From assembly GCA_045628045.1 (NCBI GenBank), contig JAZQOV010000003.1, positions 57,495-121,494 of the forward strand: a DNA stretch of 64,000 bases, written 5' to 3'. The notes beneath the pieces were generated by a model. It worked only from the letters and a program-made list of their open reading frames with translations. It was not told the origin of the DNA and searched no databases. The position numbers and the translations under genes are program-made. This document shows, in pieces, positions 9,928 through 19,852 of this stretch. Within the stretch, counting starts at the first letter, position 1, and each line of letters opens with the position of its first letter. This stretch comes from Bacilli bacterium. Its GTDB lineage: Bacteria; Bacillota_I; Bacilli_A; RFN20; CAG-826.

Positions 9928-10809
9928 TTACAATGTTTTGATGTCCTTCTCAATTTGAGCTTTTAATTCATCAAGAGAACTGAATTTTTTCTCTTCTCGA
10001 ATGAATTTTAGAAATTCAAGATTTATGACGTCAGCTTTAACTTCTCCAACATGATTTAGCAAGTGAATTTCGACAGTCGGTTCTTTTGATCCAACAGTTG
10101 GTTTTATTCCAACATTCGTGATTGAAACATGAGGAATATTATCGATATAGCAAATCGTTTTATAAACACCAAATTTTGGCAAAACATAATCATCTGTTAA
10201 TTTAAGATTTATTGTCGGAAATCCAATGGTTCTTCCTATTTGTTTTCCACTTGTCATTGTTCCAACAAGTGTGTAATTATGACCTAAAAGGTCATTTGCA
10301 TATTCTATTTCACCATCTTGTATTTTTTCTGCAAGCTTTTGGGCAGAGATTTTCTCACCATTAAAATTCTCAATATCCACCACTTTTACATCAAAATAAT
10401 CTTGAAGCGAATAAAGGGTTCCTGAAGCATTTTTTCCGTACCTAAAATCTTTCCCAACAAACACTTCTTTAACATTCATCTTCTTGAGCATTTCGATAAA
10501 ATCCATGTCACTCAAAGATGTAAATTCTTTGTCAATTTTTAAAACAAAATAGTAATCTACACCGAGTTTAGAAATGATTTTAAAACGGTCATCAAGAGAA
10601 GTTAAAACTTCTTTCTTTTTACCATTATTTATTAATGTAGAAATTGGTTTATCAAAAGTTAATAAACCTAAAGTGTGTTTAGCGTTTTTTCTCGCATATT
10701 TGATAAGTTTTTGATGCCCAAGATGAACACCATCAAAATAACCGAGACAAATTGATAATGATTCAAACCTACTACAAGGTTTCTTATAATCCATCAAAAT
10801 TGTTTTCAT
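9928..10809 (-). CDS. ribF: Bifunctional riboflavin kinase/FMN adenylyltransferase
   Basis: N-terminal nucleotidyltransferase region (GYFDGVHLGHQ) and a C-terminal riboflavin kinase region. It overlaps truB by 4 nt. Confidence 0.85.
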   Translation of the reverse strand: MKTILMDYKKPCSRFESLSICLGYFDGVHLGHQKLIKYARKNAKHTLGLLTFDKPISTLINNGKKKEVLTSLDDRFKIISKLGVDYYFVLKIDKEFTSLSDMDFIEMLKKMNVKEVFVGKDFRYGKNASGTLYSLQDYFDVKVVDIENFNGEKISAQKLAEKIQDGEIEYANDLLGHNYTLVGTMTSGKQIGRTIGFPTINLKLTDDYVLPKFGVYKTICYIDNIPHVSITNVGIKPTVGSKEPTVEIHLLNHVGEVKADVINLEFLKFIREEKKFSSLDELKAQIEKDIKTL

Positions 10810-11651
10810 CTTAACCCTCTAACGCAAGAGTATACACCATTATCTTCTCTTTTATAAAGAGCTATGATGCCATCTTTGTCTTTTAACAAAATTTCTTTGT
10901 CTTCAATTGGAAGTCTAAAATGCATTCCGTTCTTTGCTTTTTTAGCGAGTTCACCTTCGACTTCAAAAGATTTTAAATGAGCTAACATTTTTGAGATTGG
11001 AATTAAATCTTTTTCACTTACTTCTGAACTACGTTTTGCATTTTCTAATGAGTAAGGTCCAACCTCAAGTCGAGTTAACTTTGTAAGATGACCAACTGTA
11101 CCTAATTTTTCAGCGATATCTTCACCTAAAGTTCTAATGTAAGTCCCTTTAGAAACTTTTGCAATAAAAGTGATTTCATCTTTCTCAAAATTCACTAAAT
11201 CAATATTATAAATATTGATATGTCTTTCTTTTCTTTCAATTTCTTTGCCTTCTCTAGCGTATTTATAAAGCTCTTTTCCATTCACTTTTAACGCTGAAAA
11301 CATTGGAGGTATTTGAACTTGTTCTCCCAGAAAAGTTTTTAAAGTTTTAACGATATTTTCTTTTGTTAAAACTGGTATTTCTTTTGACTCAATTACTTTA
11401 CCAGTTAAATCACCAGTATCAGTTTTCTCACCAAGTTTTAATGTAGCGAGATATTTTTTGTCCATAACTTCTAAAAATGGAGCAATCTTTGTAGAGGAAC
11501 CAAGTAGAACCACTAAAAGTCCATCTGCAAATGGATCGAGTGTCCCAATATGGCCTGCTTTCTTTTCGTTAAGTCTACGTGAAACATTATTAACCTCTTG
11601 TCTAGAAGTTAACCCTACTTCTTTATTAATTAATAAACTACCGCTAATCAT
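10806..11651 (-). CDS. truB: tRNA pseudouridine(55) synthase
   Basis: GLTSRQ...HIGTLDPFADGLL motif with the catalytic Asp; 281 aa. Confidence 0.9.
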   Translation of the reverse strand: MISGSLLINKEVGLTSRQEVNNVSRRLNEKKAGHIGTLDPFADGLLVVLLGSSTKIAPFLEVMDKKYLATLKLGEKTDTGDLTGKVIESKEIPVLTKENIVKTLKTFLGEQVQIPPMFSALKVNGKELYKYAREGKEIERKERHINIYNIDLVNFEKDEITFIAKVSKGTYIRTLGEDIAEKLGTVGHLTKLTRLEVGPYSLENAKRSSEVSEKDLIPISKMLAHLKSFEVEGELAKKAKNGMHFRLPIEDKEILLKDKDGIIALYKREDNGVYSCVRGLR

Positions 11652-11675
11652 TAACTTATATTATAATATAACTCA

Positions 11676-12707
11676 ATGAAATCTTTACGAACAATTTTAG
11701 GATTAATAAGAAAAGCTGATCAAAAATATGATTTTTTCCACGAAAATGACAATGTTTTAATTGGTATTTCAGGTGGAAAAGATTCTATGGTGCTTTTAAA
11801 GGCACTTTCTCAATATCAGCATTTCGATTGTGTTAATTTTAAAATTGTTCCAGTAATTTTAGATCTAGGTTTTGAAGGTTTTGACTCAAAACCAATTAAA
11901 GATTATGTTAAATCTCTTGGTTTAGAGTTAAAAGTAGTTGATTCAAAAGAAGTTTATCAAATACTTAAAACTCAACAAAAAGATGCGCCACATCTTCCAT
12001 GTTCAATTTGCTCAAGAATGAAAAAAGCCGCTATAAATAAAGCAGCTAAAGAACTAGGATGCAACAAAGTTGCATTTGCTCACCATGGTGATGACGCAGT
12101 CGAAACCTTAATGATGAATGAAATCTTTGGCGGTCGTATTGCATCTTTCCAACCAAAGATGCATCTAGACAGAGCCGATATTGAATTCATCCGCCCACTT
12201 ATTTTGGTTCACGAAGAAGAAATCATTCGTTGCCAAAAAGAAGAAAAAATTCCTTCATTTCCATCACATTGTCCAAACGACGGAAACACTATGCGCGCAG
12301 AAATGAAATCTTTATTAAAAGGAATATACAAAAAATATCCATCCGCTAAAGATAATTTCTTCTCAATGCTTGATAATTATGATAAAGAAATTCTTTTTTA
12401 CAACGATATTTTCTATAAAATAGAAAGAAAAGATATTTCATTCAAACCTGTCATTTCCGCAAGCGATTCTAGAGTTGAAACAAGCTTAAGACTCTCTCTT
12501 AAATGTATGAACCTTAAAGATGATGTTTTACGATACGTTATTTATAAATTAGATAAGCCAATTGGAGTTATTTCATTTATTAAAGAAGAAGTTCCTTACA
12601 TTAATGATCTTTATTTAATAAAAGAACACAAAAAAGAAAAAGAAGTAATTGAATCATTTATTGCAAATAACATCAAATACTTCGATTCTCCGTTTTATCC
12701 AAATTAA
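11676..12707 (+). CDS. ttcA: PP-loop ATPase, tRNA 2-thiocytidine synthetase TtcA-like
   Basis: SGGKDS PP-loop, a CSIC pair and a third Cys (SHCPND) consistent with TtcA Fe-S ligands. There is an extra C-terminal region of about 80 aa. Confidence 0.65.
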   Translation: MKSLRTILGLIRKADQKYDFFHENDNVLIGISGGKDSMVLLKALSQYQHFDCVNFKIVPVILDLGFEGFDSKPIKDYVKSLGLELKVVDSKEVYQILKTQQKDAPHLPCSICSRMKKAAINKAAKELGCNKVAFAHHGDDAVETLMMNEIFGGRIASFQPKMHLDRADIEFIRPLILVHEEEIIRCQKEEKIPSFPSHCPNDGNTMRAEMKSLLKGIYKKYPSAKDNFFSMLDNYDKEILFYNDIFYKIERKDISFKPVISASDSRVETSLRLSLKCMNLKDDVLRYVIYKLDKPIGVISFIKEEVPYINDLYLIKEHKKEKEVIESFIANNIKYFDSPFYPN

Positions 12708-12736
12708 TTATTTTTATATTAAATACTTATTCGATT

Positions 12737-13876
12737 TTAAAATGATCTTGGACCGTATTTACGAATATCAATTTTAACTACATTCTCTTTACCATAGAAA
12801 TTTGCCATTTTTTTAATGAATTTTCTTACTAATGATTTTGGCACAGCACAAATAATGGAACCAGCGAATCCGCCTCCATTAATCTTACATGCCCCTTTAT
12901 CATTTAAAATTTCCATTGCTCTATCACAAGCTTCAAGAGGAGATCCATGATAATGTCCTTCAACCATCATATTTTTAAGATAAGTTGTTGAGGAAATTCT
13001 TGAATTATTAATTTGCTCCAAAAAAGTTTTCTTGTCATTCACTTTGAGAGCTTTTATTGCTTTTAGAACTCTTTCATTTTCAGAATAAAAATGAATCGAT
13101 CGTTCTTTTTCAATTTGAGTTAAACCCGGAGTTTGTTCTAATTTTTCCAAATTTGACTCCCTTAAAAAACTAACACCCATTTTCTTTGCTGCAGACTTCA
13201 TATCAACAGGAATTTGAGAATATAATTTATTCATTGAAGAATGATCACCGCCAGTATTTACCCCGACAAAGCATAAGTCCATGAATGGAAAATCAATATT
13301 TTCAACCTTTGGATTTTCAATATTTTCAAAATCAATTCTAACAACATTGCCAAAAGCAACACCAATTTGGTCCAAAAGACCACTCGCTTTTCCGTAATAA
13401 TTATTTTCAGAATATTGACCAGCTTTTGCTAAAATAATTTTATCAATTTCCCCATTATTAAATAATTCATTAAAAATTTGACCTATTAGTAATTCAAATG
13501 CTGCAGATGAACTAACTCCTGCTCCTGGAAAAATTGTAGATGAAAGAATGGCGTTAAAACCACCAATTTTCAATCCATTATCAACAAAAAATTTAGCAAC
13601 GCCTTTAATCATTGCAGCGGATTTATCATCTTTCGGATTATAATCTAAAGTTGATAAATCAACTTTAAACTCTGAGAATCCAATTGATTTTACATTAATA
13701 AAATTATCTTCTCTTTTAGAAAGTGCACAAGTGATAGCAAGACTTGCTGTCGCCGCTAAGCACAAACCATGATTATGATCTGTATGATTTCCTAAAATTT
13801 CAAATCTTCCACCACAATCAAAATTAAACTCTGGCTTACTATTAAAAGTTTGTTTGAAAATTCTATTAAGATTCAT
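12737..13876 (-). CDS. galK: GHMP kinase, galactokinase-like
   Basis: GGRFEILGNHTDHNHG matches the galactokinase signature. PGAGVSSSAAFELL matches the GHMP ATP-binding motif. 379 aa. Confidence 0.6.
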   Translation of the reverse strand: MNLNRIFKQTFNSKPEFNFDCGGRFEILGNHTDHNHGLCLAATASLAITCALSKREDNFINVKSIGFSEFKVDLSTLDYNPKDDKSAAMIKGVAKFFVDNGLKIGGFNAILSSTIFPGAGVSSSAAFELLIGQIFNELFNNGEIDKIILAKAGQYSENNYYGKASGLLDQIGVAFGNVVRIDFENIENPKVENIDFPFMDLCFVGVNTGGDHSSMNKLYSQIPVDMKSAAKKMGVSFLRESNLEKLEQTPGLTQIEKERSIHFYSENERVLKAIKALKVNDKKTFLEQINNSRISSTTYLKNMMVEGHYHGSPLEACDRAMEILNDKGACKINGGGFAGSIICAVPKSLVRKFIKKMANFYGKENVVKIDIRKYGPRSF

Positions 13877-13877
13877 A

Positions 13878-14237
13878 TTATTTATTCTTCATTAAATTAA
13901 TTTGTTCTTGCTCTTTCCTTAAAATTTCGTCCAATCGATTTACTTTTTCATAAGTCTCATCTAGATAAAAAGTAATCTCAGGAGTTTTTCTTATATCAAT
14001 TTTCTTAGCAAGTGAGCTTCTAACGTAACCTTTACATTTATTAAGTTCCTCAAGGTTTTGTTTTGGAAACTTGCTTCCTAAAAAAGTTACATAAACTTTA
14101 GCATAGCTAAAATCTGTGCTAACAGAGACTTCACTCACTGTGCAGAAACCAATTTTTGGATTTCTAAGTTCAAATTGAATAATCTCAGAAATATTCTTTC
14201 CAATGATTGATTGAATTCTTTGGGTGCGATCCGCCAT
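13878..14237 (-). CDS. rbfA: Ribosome-binding factor A
   Basis: 119 aa with an RbfA-like KH fold sequence. Position is directly downstream of infB. Confidence 0.85.
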   Translation of the reverse strand: MADRTQRIQSIIGKNISEIIQFELRNPKIGFCTVSEVSVSTDFSYAKVYVTFLGSKFPKQNLEELNKCKGYVRSSLAKKIDIRKTPEITFYLDETYEKVNRLDEILRKEQEQINLMKNK

Positions 14238-16069
14238 TATTCTTTTTCAACCATTTCGTATGCTTCGATAACATCTAATTCCTTCAAATCATTGAAGTTT
14301 TCAATTGTAAGTCCGCATTCGAATCCTTCTTTAACTTCTTTGGCATCATCTTTGAATCTCTTTAGAGATCCAAGTTTGCCTTCATAAACAATAACACCAT
14401 CTCTTAAAACACGAACGAGAGCTGCTGCTTTTATGCATCCAGAAGTAACGTATGAACCTGCGACAGTACCAACTTTAGAAATCTTAATCAAACTTCTAAC
14501 TTCAGCTTGTCCAAGAATAGATTCAACCTTTTCCTTCTTATACATACCTTTTATCGCAGCTTCCATTTCTTCAATTAAAGCGTAGATAATACGGTGTAAT
14601 CTAATTTCAACTCCTGCTTCTTCAGCTTTAGCTGAAACCATTGCAGTAGGACGGACATTAAAGCCATAAATAATAGCTCCTGATGCGCTTGCAAGCATAA
14701 CGTCGTTATTTGTAATTGCACCCGCTGAAGAGTGAATAACATTAATATGAACTTGGTCATTTGAAAGTTTATCAAGGGAAGCTTTAACTGCTTCTGCTGA
14801 ACCTGTTGTATCAGCTTTTAAGACAATGTTAACGTCTTGAACTTCACCATTACTTTCAGTAATTCTTGAATAAATCTTTTCAAGAGAGGCTGCTGCCTGA
14901 GCACTTTGATCTTCGGCTTTCTTAGCCATTGCACGCTTTTCAGCAATTTCTTTAGCTTGTTTTTCAGTTGGGAATGCCATGAATTTATCACCAGCATTTG
15001 GAACTTCGCTTAAACCAATAACAGAAACTGGAGTAGAAGGTTTTGCTTCTTTAACAATTTTCTTGTATTCGTTAGTCATTCTACGGATTTTTCCATAAGC
15101 AGTTCCAACAACAACATAGTCTTGGAAAGTTAGAGTTCCGTTTTCAACTAAAAGAGTTGCTTTTGGGCCTTCACCTTTATCAAGATTTGCTTCAATAACT
15201 GTACCGATAGCGTATCTATTTGGGTTAGCTTTAAGTTCTTGCATATCTGCCACTAAAATAATGGCTTCAAGAAGTTCTTTAATGCCTTTATTTTGTTTTG
15301 CAGAGATTTCACAAACGATGTTTTCTCCACCGTATTCTTCAGCAATAATGTCATAAGACATTAATTCCGTCTTAACTCTACTAGGATCAGCTCCTTCTTT
15401 ATCCATTTTGTTGATTGCAACAATAATTGGAACGCCTGCTGCTTTTGCGTGGTCAATAGCTTCAATTGTTTGAGGCATAACACCATCATCTGCAGCGACA
15501 ACAAGAACAACAATATCAGTAACTGCTGCACCACGTTGTCTCATAGCAGTAAATGCTTCATGGCCCGGAGTGTCTAAGAATGTGATCTTTTGGCCATTAA
15601 TTTCTTTTTGGTAAGCGCCAATTGCTTGAGAAATACCGCCAACTTCACTATCAGTTAAGTGAGAAGATCTGATTGCGTCAATAAGGGTTGTTTTACCATG
15701 GTCAACGTGACCCATAATTGTGACAATCGGAGCCCTTGGGAGTAAATCTTCAGGTTTATCAACGATTTCAACTTCTTCGAAGTTTTCTTCGCTAACAATT
15801 TTCTCTTTCTTAAAATCGTAGCCAAATTGTAAACAAATTAGCCCGATCATTTCATCATCGAGAGTTTGGTTAATTGTGACCATCATTTTCTTTTCTATGA
15901 AAAGAAATTTAATGATATCATTAACTTGAATATTAAGTTCCTTAGCAAGTTCACCAACAGTCATGTTACGAGTGAAAACGAATACACCGTTGTTCACTTT
16001 GTTTGTAGCATCTTTTTTGGCTCCACCTGCAGGAATGTTTGCTTTTCTTTGGTCTTGATATTTTGCCAT
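14237..16069 (-). CDS. infB: Translation initiation factor IF-2 (short form)
   Basis: GTP-binding motifs [13 protein letters not shown] and NKMD, plus C-terminal IF2 domains; 610 aa. Confidence 0.95.
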   Translation of the reverse strand: MAKYQDQRKANIPAGGAKKDATNKVNNGVFVFTRNMTVGELAKELNIQVNDIIKFLFIEKKMMVTINQTLDDEMIGLICLQFGYDFKKEKIVSEENFEEVEIVDKPEDLLPRAPIVTIMGHVDHGKTTLIDAIRSSHLTDSEVGGISQAIGAYQKEINGQKITFLDTPGHEAFTAMRQRGAAVTDIVVLVVAADDGVMPQTIEAIDHAKAAGVPIIVAINKMDKEGADPSRVKTELMSYDIIAEEYGGENIVCEISAKQNKGIKELLEAIILVADMQELKANPNRYAIGTVIEANLDKGEGPKATLLVENGTLTFQDYVVVGTAYGKIRRMTNEYKKIVKEAKPSTPVSVIGLSEVPNAGDKFMAFPTEKQAKEIAEKRAMAKKAEDQSAQAAASLEKIYSRITESNGEVQDVNIVLKADTTGSAEAVKASLDKLSNDQVHINVIHSSAGAITNNDVMLASASGAIIYGFNVRPTAMVSAKAEEAGVEIRLHRIIYALIEEMEAAIKGMYKKEKVESILGQAEVRSLIKISKVGTVAGSYVTSGCIKAAALVRVLRDGVIVYEGKLGSLKRFKDDAKEVKEGFECGLTIENFNDLKELDVIEAYEMVEKE

Positions 16070-16119
16070 AACTTTTACCTCACTTTCTTTAATTAATATC
16101 TAGAGAAAATAACTAAAAG

Positions 16120-17781
16120 TTATTTATCATCATCATCGTAGTATTGATCGTATTCGTCGTAATCGATTTCCTCTTCGGATTCATCGAAATCTTCGTCCTC
16201 GTAATACTCTTCTTCCTCTTTTGCGAGTTCAGCAAGTTCTTCATCAGTGTAAATTGCCATTTGAGGTTTGACTTCATCAGTCTTAATTTCTTCATGTGCA
16301 ACTTCTTCTTCTTCGATCTTGCGTGGACGTTTAGAAGTCTTTTGTGTAGCTTTGAAGTTTTCTTTTTCTTTCTCACTATCAAGAGCAGCTTCTAGAGCAT
16401 CAATTGAGGTTGTTGTCTTAACAACAGTTGTTTTAACAACTGGTTTTTCTTCTGGAACTTCAACTGGTTTAACTTCTTCAACTGGAGTTTCAACTGGTTT
16501 AACTTCTTCAACCACTGGTTTAACTTCTTCATCAGTAATAACTTGTGGTTTATTCTTTTCAACACCGGCTTCTGTCTTAGTTGAAACAGCACGTTCTGAT
16601 TTGATTTGTGAAAGATACTTCTCGTATTTTTCTTTTTGAATACGAAGTTTTTCTTCTTCTTGAATTGTTTCGATTGATTTAAGTTCAATTTCAACTTCGT
16701 CAGACATGCTAACTTCTTTAATATCAATATGACAATCAGTTAACTTAGAAGCAACACGAACGTTTGCACCTTTTCTTCCGATTGCAAGTGATAATTGTCC
16801 ATCTGGAACAATGGCAATTGCGTTCTTTTTGCCATTTTCATCGGTGTAGACACCGATTTTAAGAATTGTTGCTGGTCTTAATGCATCAATAATGAAAAGT
16901 GCATCATTTGGAGAATATTGAATGATATCAATCTTTTCTTTATCTTTTGCGTTGCCAAGTTGAGCAACAATTTTTTGAATAGCAGAACCATTTGCACCAA
17001 TACAGCATGAAACTGGATCAACGTTCATATCATTGCTGTAAACAGCAAGTTTTGAACGAATACCTGCTTCACGAGCAAGGTTTTTAATAATTACAGTGCC
17101 ATCATAAATTTCACGAACTTCTTCTTCAAAAAGTCTACGTAAAAATCCTGCATCGGCACGTGAAACACGAACCATTGGTGATTTTCCTGTTTCTGAACCT
17201 GTAACACTGCTAACGTATAATCTAACTGGTTTTCCGGATTCCAACATTTCATCACCGATTAAGTCACGACGTGTTAAATAAAGTGAAGAACGACCAATGT
17301 TAACAACTGCGCCTCTGTCATCACATTTTTCACAAATACCTGTAATCATTTCGCCAATTTTATCTTTGTATACTTCGTATAAAGACATCTTTTCGGCTTC
17401 TGCAAGTTTTTGTCTTAAAACTGATTTGACTGTTAAAGCAGTTAATCTAGCCATGTCATCTGGTGAAGTTTCTACAATGTATTCGTCACCAACAACATAC
17501 TTTTTGCCTTTCTTTCCTTTGTTTGCGTCTTCAAGTGAGATTTCTAAAATATCATCTTCGACTTCTTCGACGATCTTACGAACATATTCCATTCTGATTT
17601 CAGCTGGTTGTTCAGTAATTGAAACTCTAATATCGACGCCTTCAACGATATAGCCATCACAGATTTGCTTTTCTAAAGCTTTTCTAAGAGCTTCTTTTAA
17701 GGCCTCAATAATTGCTTCTTTGCTAATTCCTTTTGCAGCAGCAATTTCATCAAGAGCTTCTAAGAATTTTGTTGCATCCAT
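16120..17781 (-). CDS. nusA: Transcription termination/antitermination factor NusA with a long acidic low-complexity C-terminal extension
   Basis: N-terminal, S1 and two KH domains, then about 170 aa of repeats (EEVKPVE units) and a poly-acidic tail (DEYDQYYDDDDK). Confidence 0.9.
   Translation of the reverse strand: MDATKFLEALDEIAAAKGISKEAIIEALKEALRKALEKQICDGYIVEGVDIRVSITEQPAEIRMEYVRKIVEEVEDDILEISLEDANKGKKGKKYVVGDEYIVETSPDDMARLTALTVKSVLRQKLAEAEKMSLYEVYKDKIGEMITGICEKCDDRGAVVNIGRSSLYLTRRDLIGDEMLESGKPVRLYVSSVTGSETGKSPMVRVSRADAGFLRRLFEEEVREIYDGTVIIKNLAREAGIRSKLAVYSNDMNVDPVSCCIGANGSAIQKIVAQLGNAKDKEKIDIIQYSPNDALFIIDALRPATILKIGVYTDENGKKNAIAIVPDGQLSLAIGRKGANVRVASKLTDCHIDIKEVSMSDEVEIELKSIETIQEEEKLRIQKEKYEKYLSQIKSERAVSTKTEAGVEKNKPQVITDEEVKPVVEEVKPVETPVEEVKPVEVPEEKPVVKTTVVKTTTSIDALEAALDSEKEKENFKATQKTSKRPRKIEEEEVAHEEIKTDEVKPQMAIYTDEELAELAKEEEEYYEDEDFDESEEEIDYDEYDQYYDDDDK
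16430..16530 (-). repeat. In-frame tandem nucleotide repeat within the nusA 3' region (encodes EEVKPVE-type repeats)
   Basis: Repeated AACTGGTTTAACTTCTTCAAC-like units are visible on the plus strand. Confidence 0.6.
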
Positions 17782-17795
17782 ATTTTTATTCTCCT

Positions 17796-18260
17796 TTAAA
17801 ATTTGATTGCAAGACGTGCTTTATCAATAACTTTTCTTTCAATTTCGCATTTGATAAGACGTGTTTTTTCTTTATAAGAAATGATGATTTTGTCATCATT
17901 AACACTTTCAAGAGTACCTTCAATAATATTTAATCCTTTATAAGGATTTGTGAGATGAATGTTAACATACTTATTAACATATTTCTCAAGACGAGCGACA
18001 TCTATTTTCTTTTCTGCACCAAATGTTGTGACATCAAGAACATAATTTGTCTTAATTAAATCAGCTTCATCAAGTATTGGGGAAATAAGATCATTGACCT
18101 TCATGATTTTATCAAGATCAATTGGCTCATCATCCTTATCTACCATTACTCTAAGGTAATTTGTGCCAAATTCATTAACGTATTTGACATCAATTTCAGA
18201 GTAGCCTAAAGCCTTTAAAGGCTTTTCAATAAGGTTTTTGACTGTACTTTCAAGTGTCAT
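17796..18260 (-). CDS. rimP: Ribosome maturation factor RimP
   Basis: 154-aa RimP-like sequence in the expected position as first gene of the nusA-infB operon. It is preceded by an AAGGAG RBS. Confidence 0.85.
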   Translation of the reverse strand: MTLESTVKNLIEKPLKALGYSEIDVKYVNEFGTNYLRVMVDKDDEPIDLDKIMKVNDLISPILDEADLIKTNYVLDVTTFGAEKKIDVARLEKYVNKYVNIHLTNPYKGLNIIEGTLESVNDDKIIISYKEKTRLIKCEIERKVIDKARLAIKF

Positions 18261-18281
18261 TTAAGTCTCCTTAATAAACTA

Positions 18282-18302
18282 AAGAGTGGCAACCTGCCAC
18301 TC
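18282..18302 (-). promoter_or_regulatory. Leader stem-loop upstream of rimP-nusA-infB
   Basis: Perfect 9-bp stem AGAGTGGCA-ACC-TGCCACTCT. On the minus strand it is followed by TTAGTTTATT, just 5' of the rimP RBS. Confidence 0.4.
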
Positions 18303-18462
18303 TTAATCTTAAGAGTTACTCAGCAAACTGAGCATAATTAATATACATTAATAGATTTTGTGTTGCAACTATTTTATTGTAAAAGACCACAAAAATTGCG
18401 ATAAAAATTGCTCTTATTTATCAAAATATTTAAAAATTTTGATGGAAAAAGTTTATATTAAC

Positions 18463-18491
18463 TTGCATAAATTAGAATATTTATTTATAAT
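18463..18491 (+). promoter_or_regulatory. Putative promoter TTGCAT-17-TATAAT for the 18524 gene
   Basis: Consensus-like -35 and -10 elements with 17-nt spacing, about 30 nt upstream of the RBS AAAGGAG. Confidence 0.45.
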
Positions 18492-18523
18492 TTATCTCGC
18501 TTTTATTAAAGGAGATTAACAAA

Positions 18524-18973
18524 ATGCGTAAATTCTTATTACCAATTATTAACTTAGTTAATGTTATTCTTGTATCAATTACATTTGGTCTTGCAAATAA
18601 TCCAGGCGCAACTGATCCAGCAATGCATGATGCTGCACTTCCAAACTTCTATAACTTAGTTTGGGGTCACCAAGAAGTCACAAACATCTATGGTATTGTT
18701 GCATTCTTCTTATTTGTTGTTGCAGTTGCATTAACAGTTATTTGCTTCATTCCAGGTAAAGCACGTAAAGTTCTCGTTGCATTAACTGGACTTATGTACA
18801 TTGGAGCAGGTGTCTTATTCTTACTCACCCCAGCACATTATTGCTATGGAAACGCTGAAACAGTTCTTGAACTCTCAGGTTCATTAATTGCAATGGCAGT
18901 CTTAGTATTTGTTGCTGGCGCATTAAGCTTATTAATGTGTGTTGTTGAATCAACAGAAAAGAAAGCTAAATAA
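18524..18973 (+). CDS. Hypothetical membrane protein
   Basis: 149 aa with 4 hydrophobic segments. Strong RBS AAAGGAGATTAACAAAATG. Confidence 0.5.
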   Translation: MRKFLLPIINLVNVILVSITFGLANNPGATDPAMHDAALPNFYNLVWGHQEVTNIYGIVAFFLFVVAVALTVICFIPGKARKVLVALTGLMYIGAGVLFLLTPAHYCYGNAETVLELSGSLIAMAVLVFVAGALSLLMCVVESTEKKAK

Positions 18974-18984
18974 TTTATTATTTA

Positions 18985-19022
18985 AAAATAGAAAAGCTTC
19001 TCACTCGAGAAGCTTTTTTCTT
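18985..19022. terminator. Bidirectional rho-independent terminator between convergent genes
   Basis: Hairpin GAAAAGCTTCTC-ACTC-GAGAAGCTTTT, flanked by A-runs on the left and T-runs on the right. Confidence 0.75.
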
Positions 19023-19275
19023 ATTTACTAGCGTTGTGCGCTTCGCGTACAGCGCACGCTAACTGATCTGCACACGAAGTATTCTTGTAACCGCATGTAT
19101 TTCCTTTTAATATAGACTCTATTTTATCAACGCTCATTCCCTCAACAAGTTTAGAGATAGCTTTAAGGTTTCCATTGCATCCTCCAAGGAAACTAACATT
19201 TGTGATGATGTCATTTTCAATATCAAATTCTATTTGTTGAGAACAAGTGCCTTGGCAACGATATTTATAATGCAT
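19021..19275 (-). CDS. Small cysteine-rich TSCPD-domain-like protein
   Basis: 84 aa with conserved Cys positions and a TSCAD motif resembling TSCPD (TIGR03905-like). Confidence 0.4.
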   Translation of the reverse strand: MHYKYRCQGTCSQQIEFDIENDIITNVSFLGGCNGNLKAISKLVEGMSVDKIESILKGNTCGYKNTSCADQLACAVREAHNASK

Positions 19276-19852
19276 GTTTATTACTCCTTGTCATTACCTT
19301 TCTTAATTTGTCTATTGTTGGAGTTAAAAACGCAGTAATAGAAAACTCAAAAACAAAGTTCCAACCAATAACAAATAAAAATATAAATTTCATTATTTCA
19401 ACAGAATTTTCATTTAATGCTTTTATAGCATCTATCATTACAGTAAAAGCTCCAAGCGCAAATAAAGCAGTATTAATAACTGGAACAATGATAGATGCAA
19501 CAATTGAAGCAATAAAAGTATTCTTTTTTGAGATTGCCTTATAACAATATCCTGCAACTAAACCAGCAATACTTGTTTTTAATAAACAAGTCAATAATGT
19601 ACCTAAAGGTGCATTTGCAAAGAAAATAGATTGAGTTGAAGGAGATAACAAAACAACAAATCCGTTTGCAAAACCTAGAATTAAACCAGCAAATGGTCCG
19701 TATACAATCGCGCCCAAAGCAATCGGAATCAATGATAGGTTAATATTTACTCCACCAGGAAAACTAATCAAATTTCCAACTACTTGAAGAATGATTTCAA
19801 TTGCCATTAATATGGCAATGCCAGTTATTTTTCTTACATCAGTGTTCTTCAT
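19265..19852 (-). CDS. ECF transporter S-component-like membrane protein (substrate unknown)
   Basis: 195 aa, 5-6 TM segments, Gly-rich helices typical of ECF S components. Confidence 0.4.
   Translation of the reverse strand: MKNTDVRKITGIAILMAIEIILQVVGNLISFPGGVNINLSLIPIALGAIVYGPFAGLILGFANGFVVLLSPSTQSIFFANAPLGTLLTCLLKTSIAGLVAGYCYKAISKKNTFIASIVASIIVPVINTALFALGAFTVMIDAIKALNENSVEIMKFIFLFVIGWNFVFEFSITAFLTPTIDKLRKVMTRSNKHAL

Noticed and set aside
16113-16727. ORFs of 89, 83, 123 and 111 aa overlapping the nusA 3' region
   Set aside because: They are alternative frames through the tandem-repeat, low-complexity part of nusA with poly-K/poly-S translations, and so are spurious.
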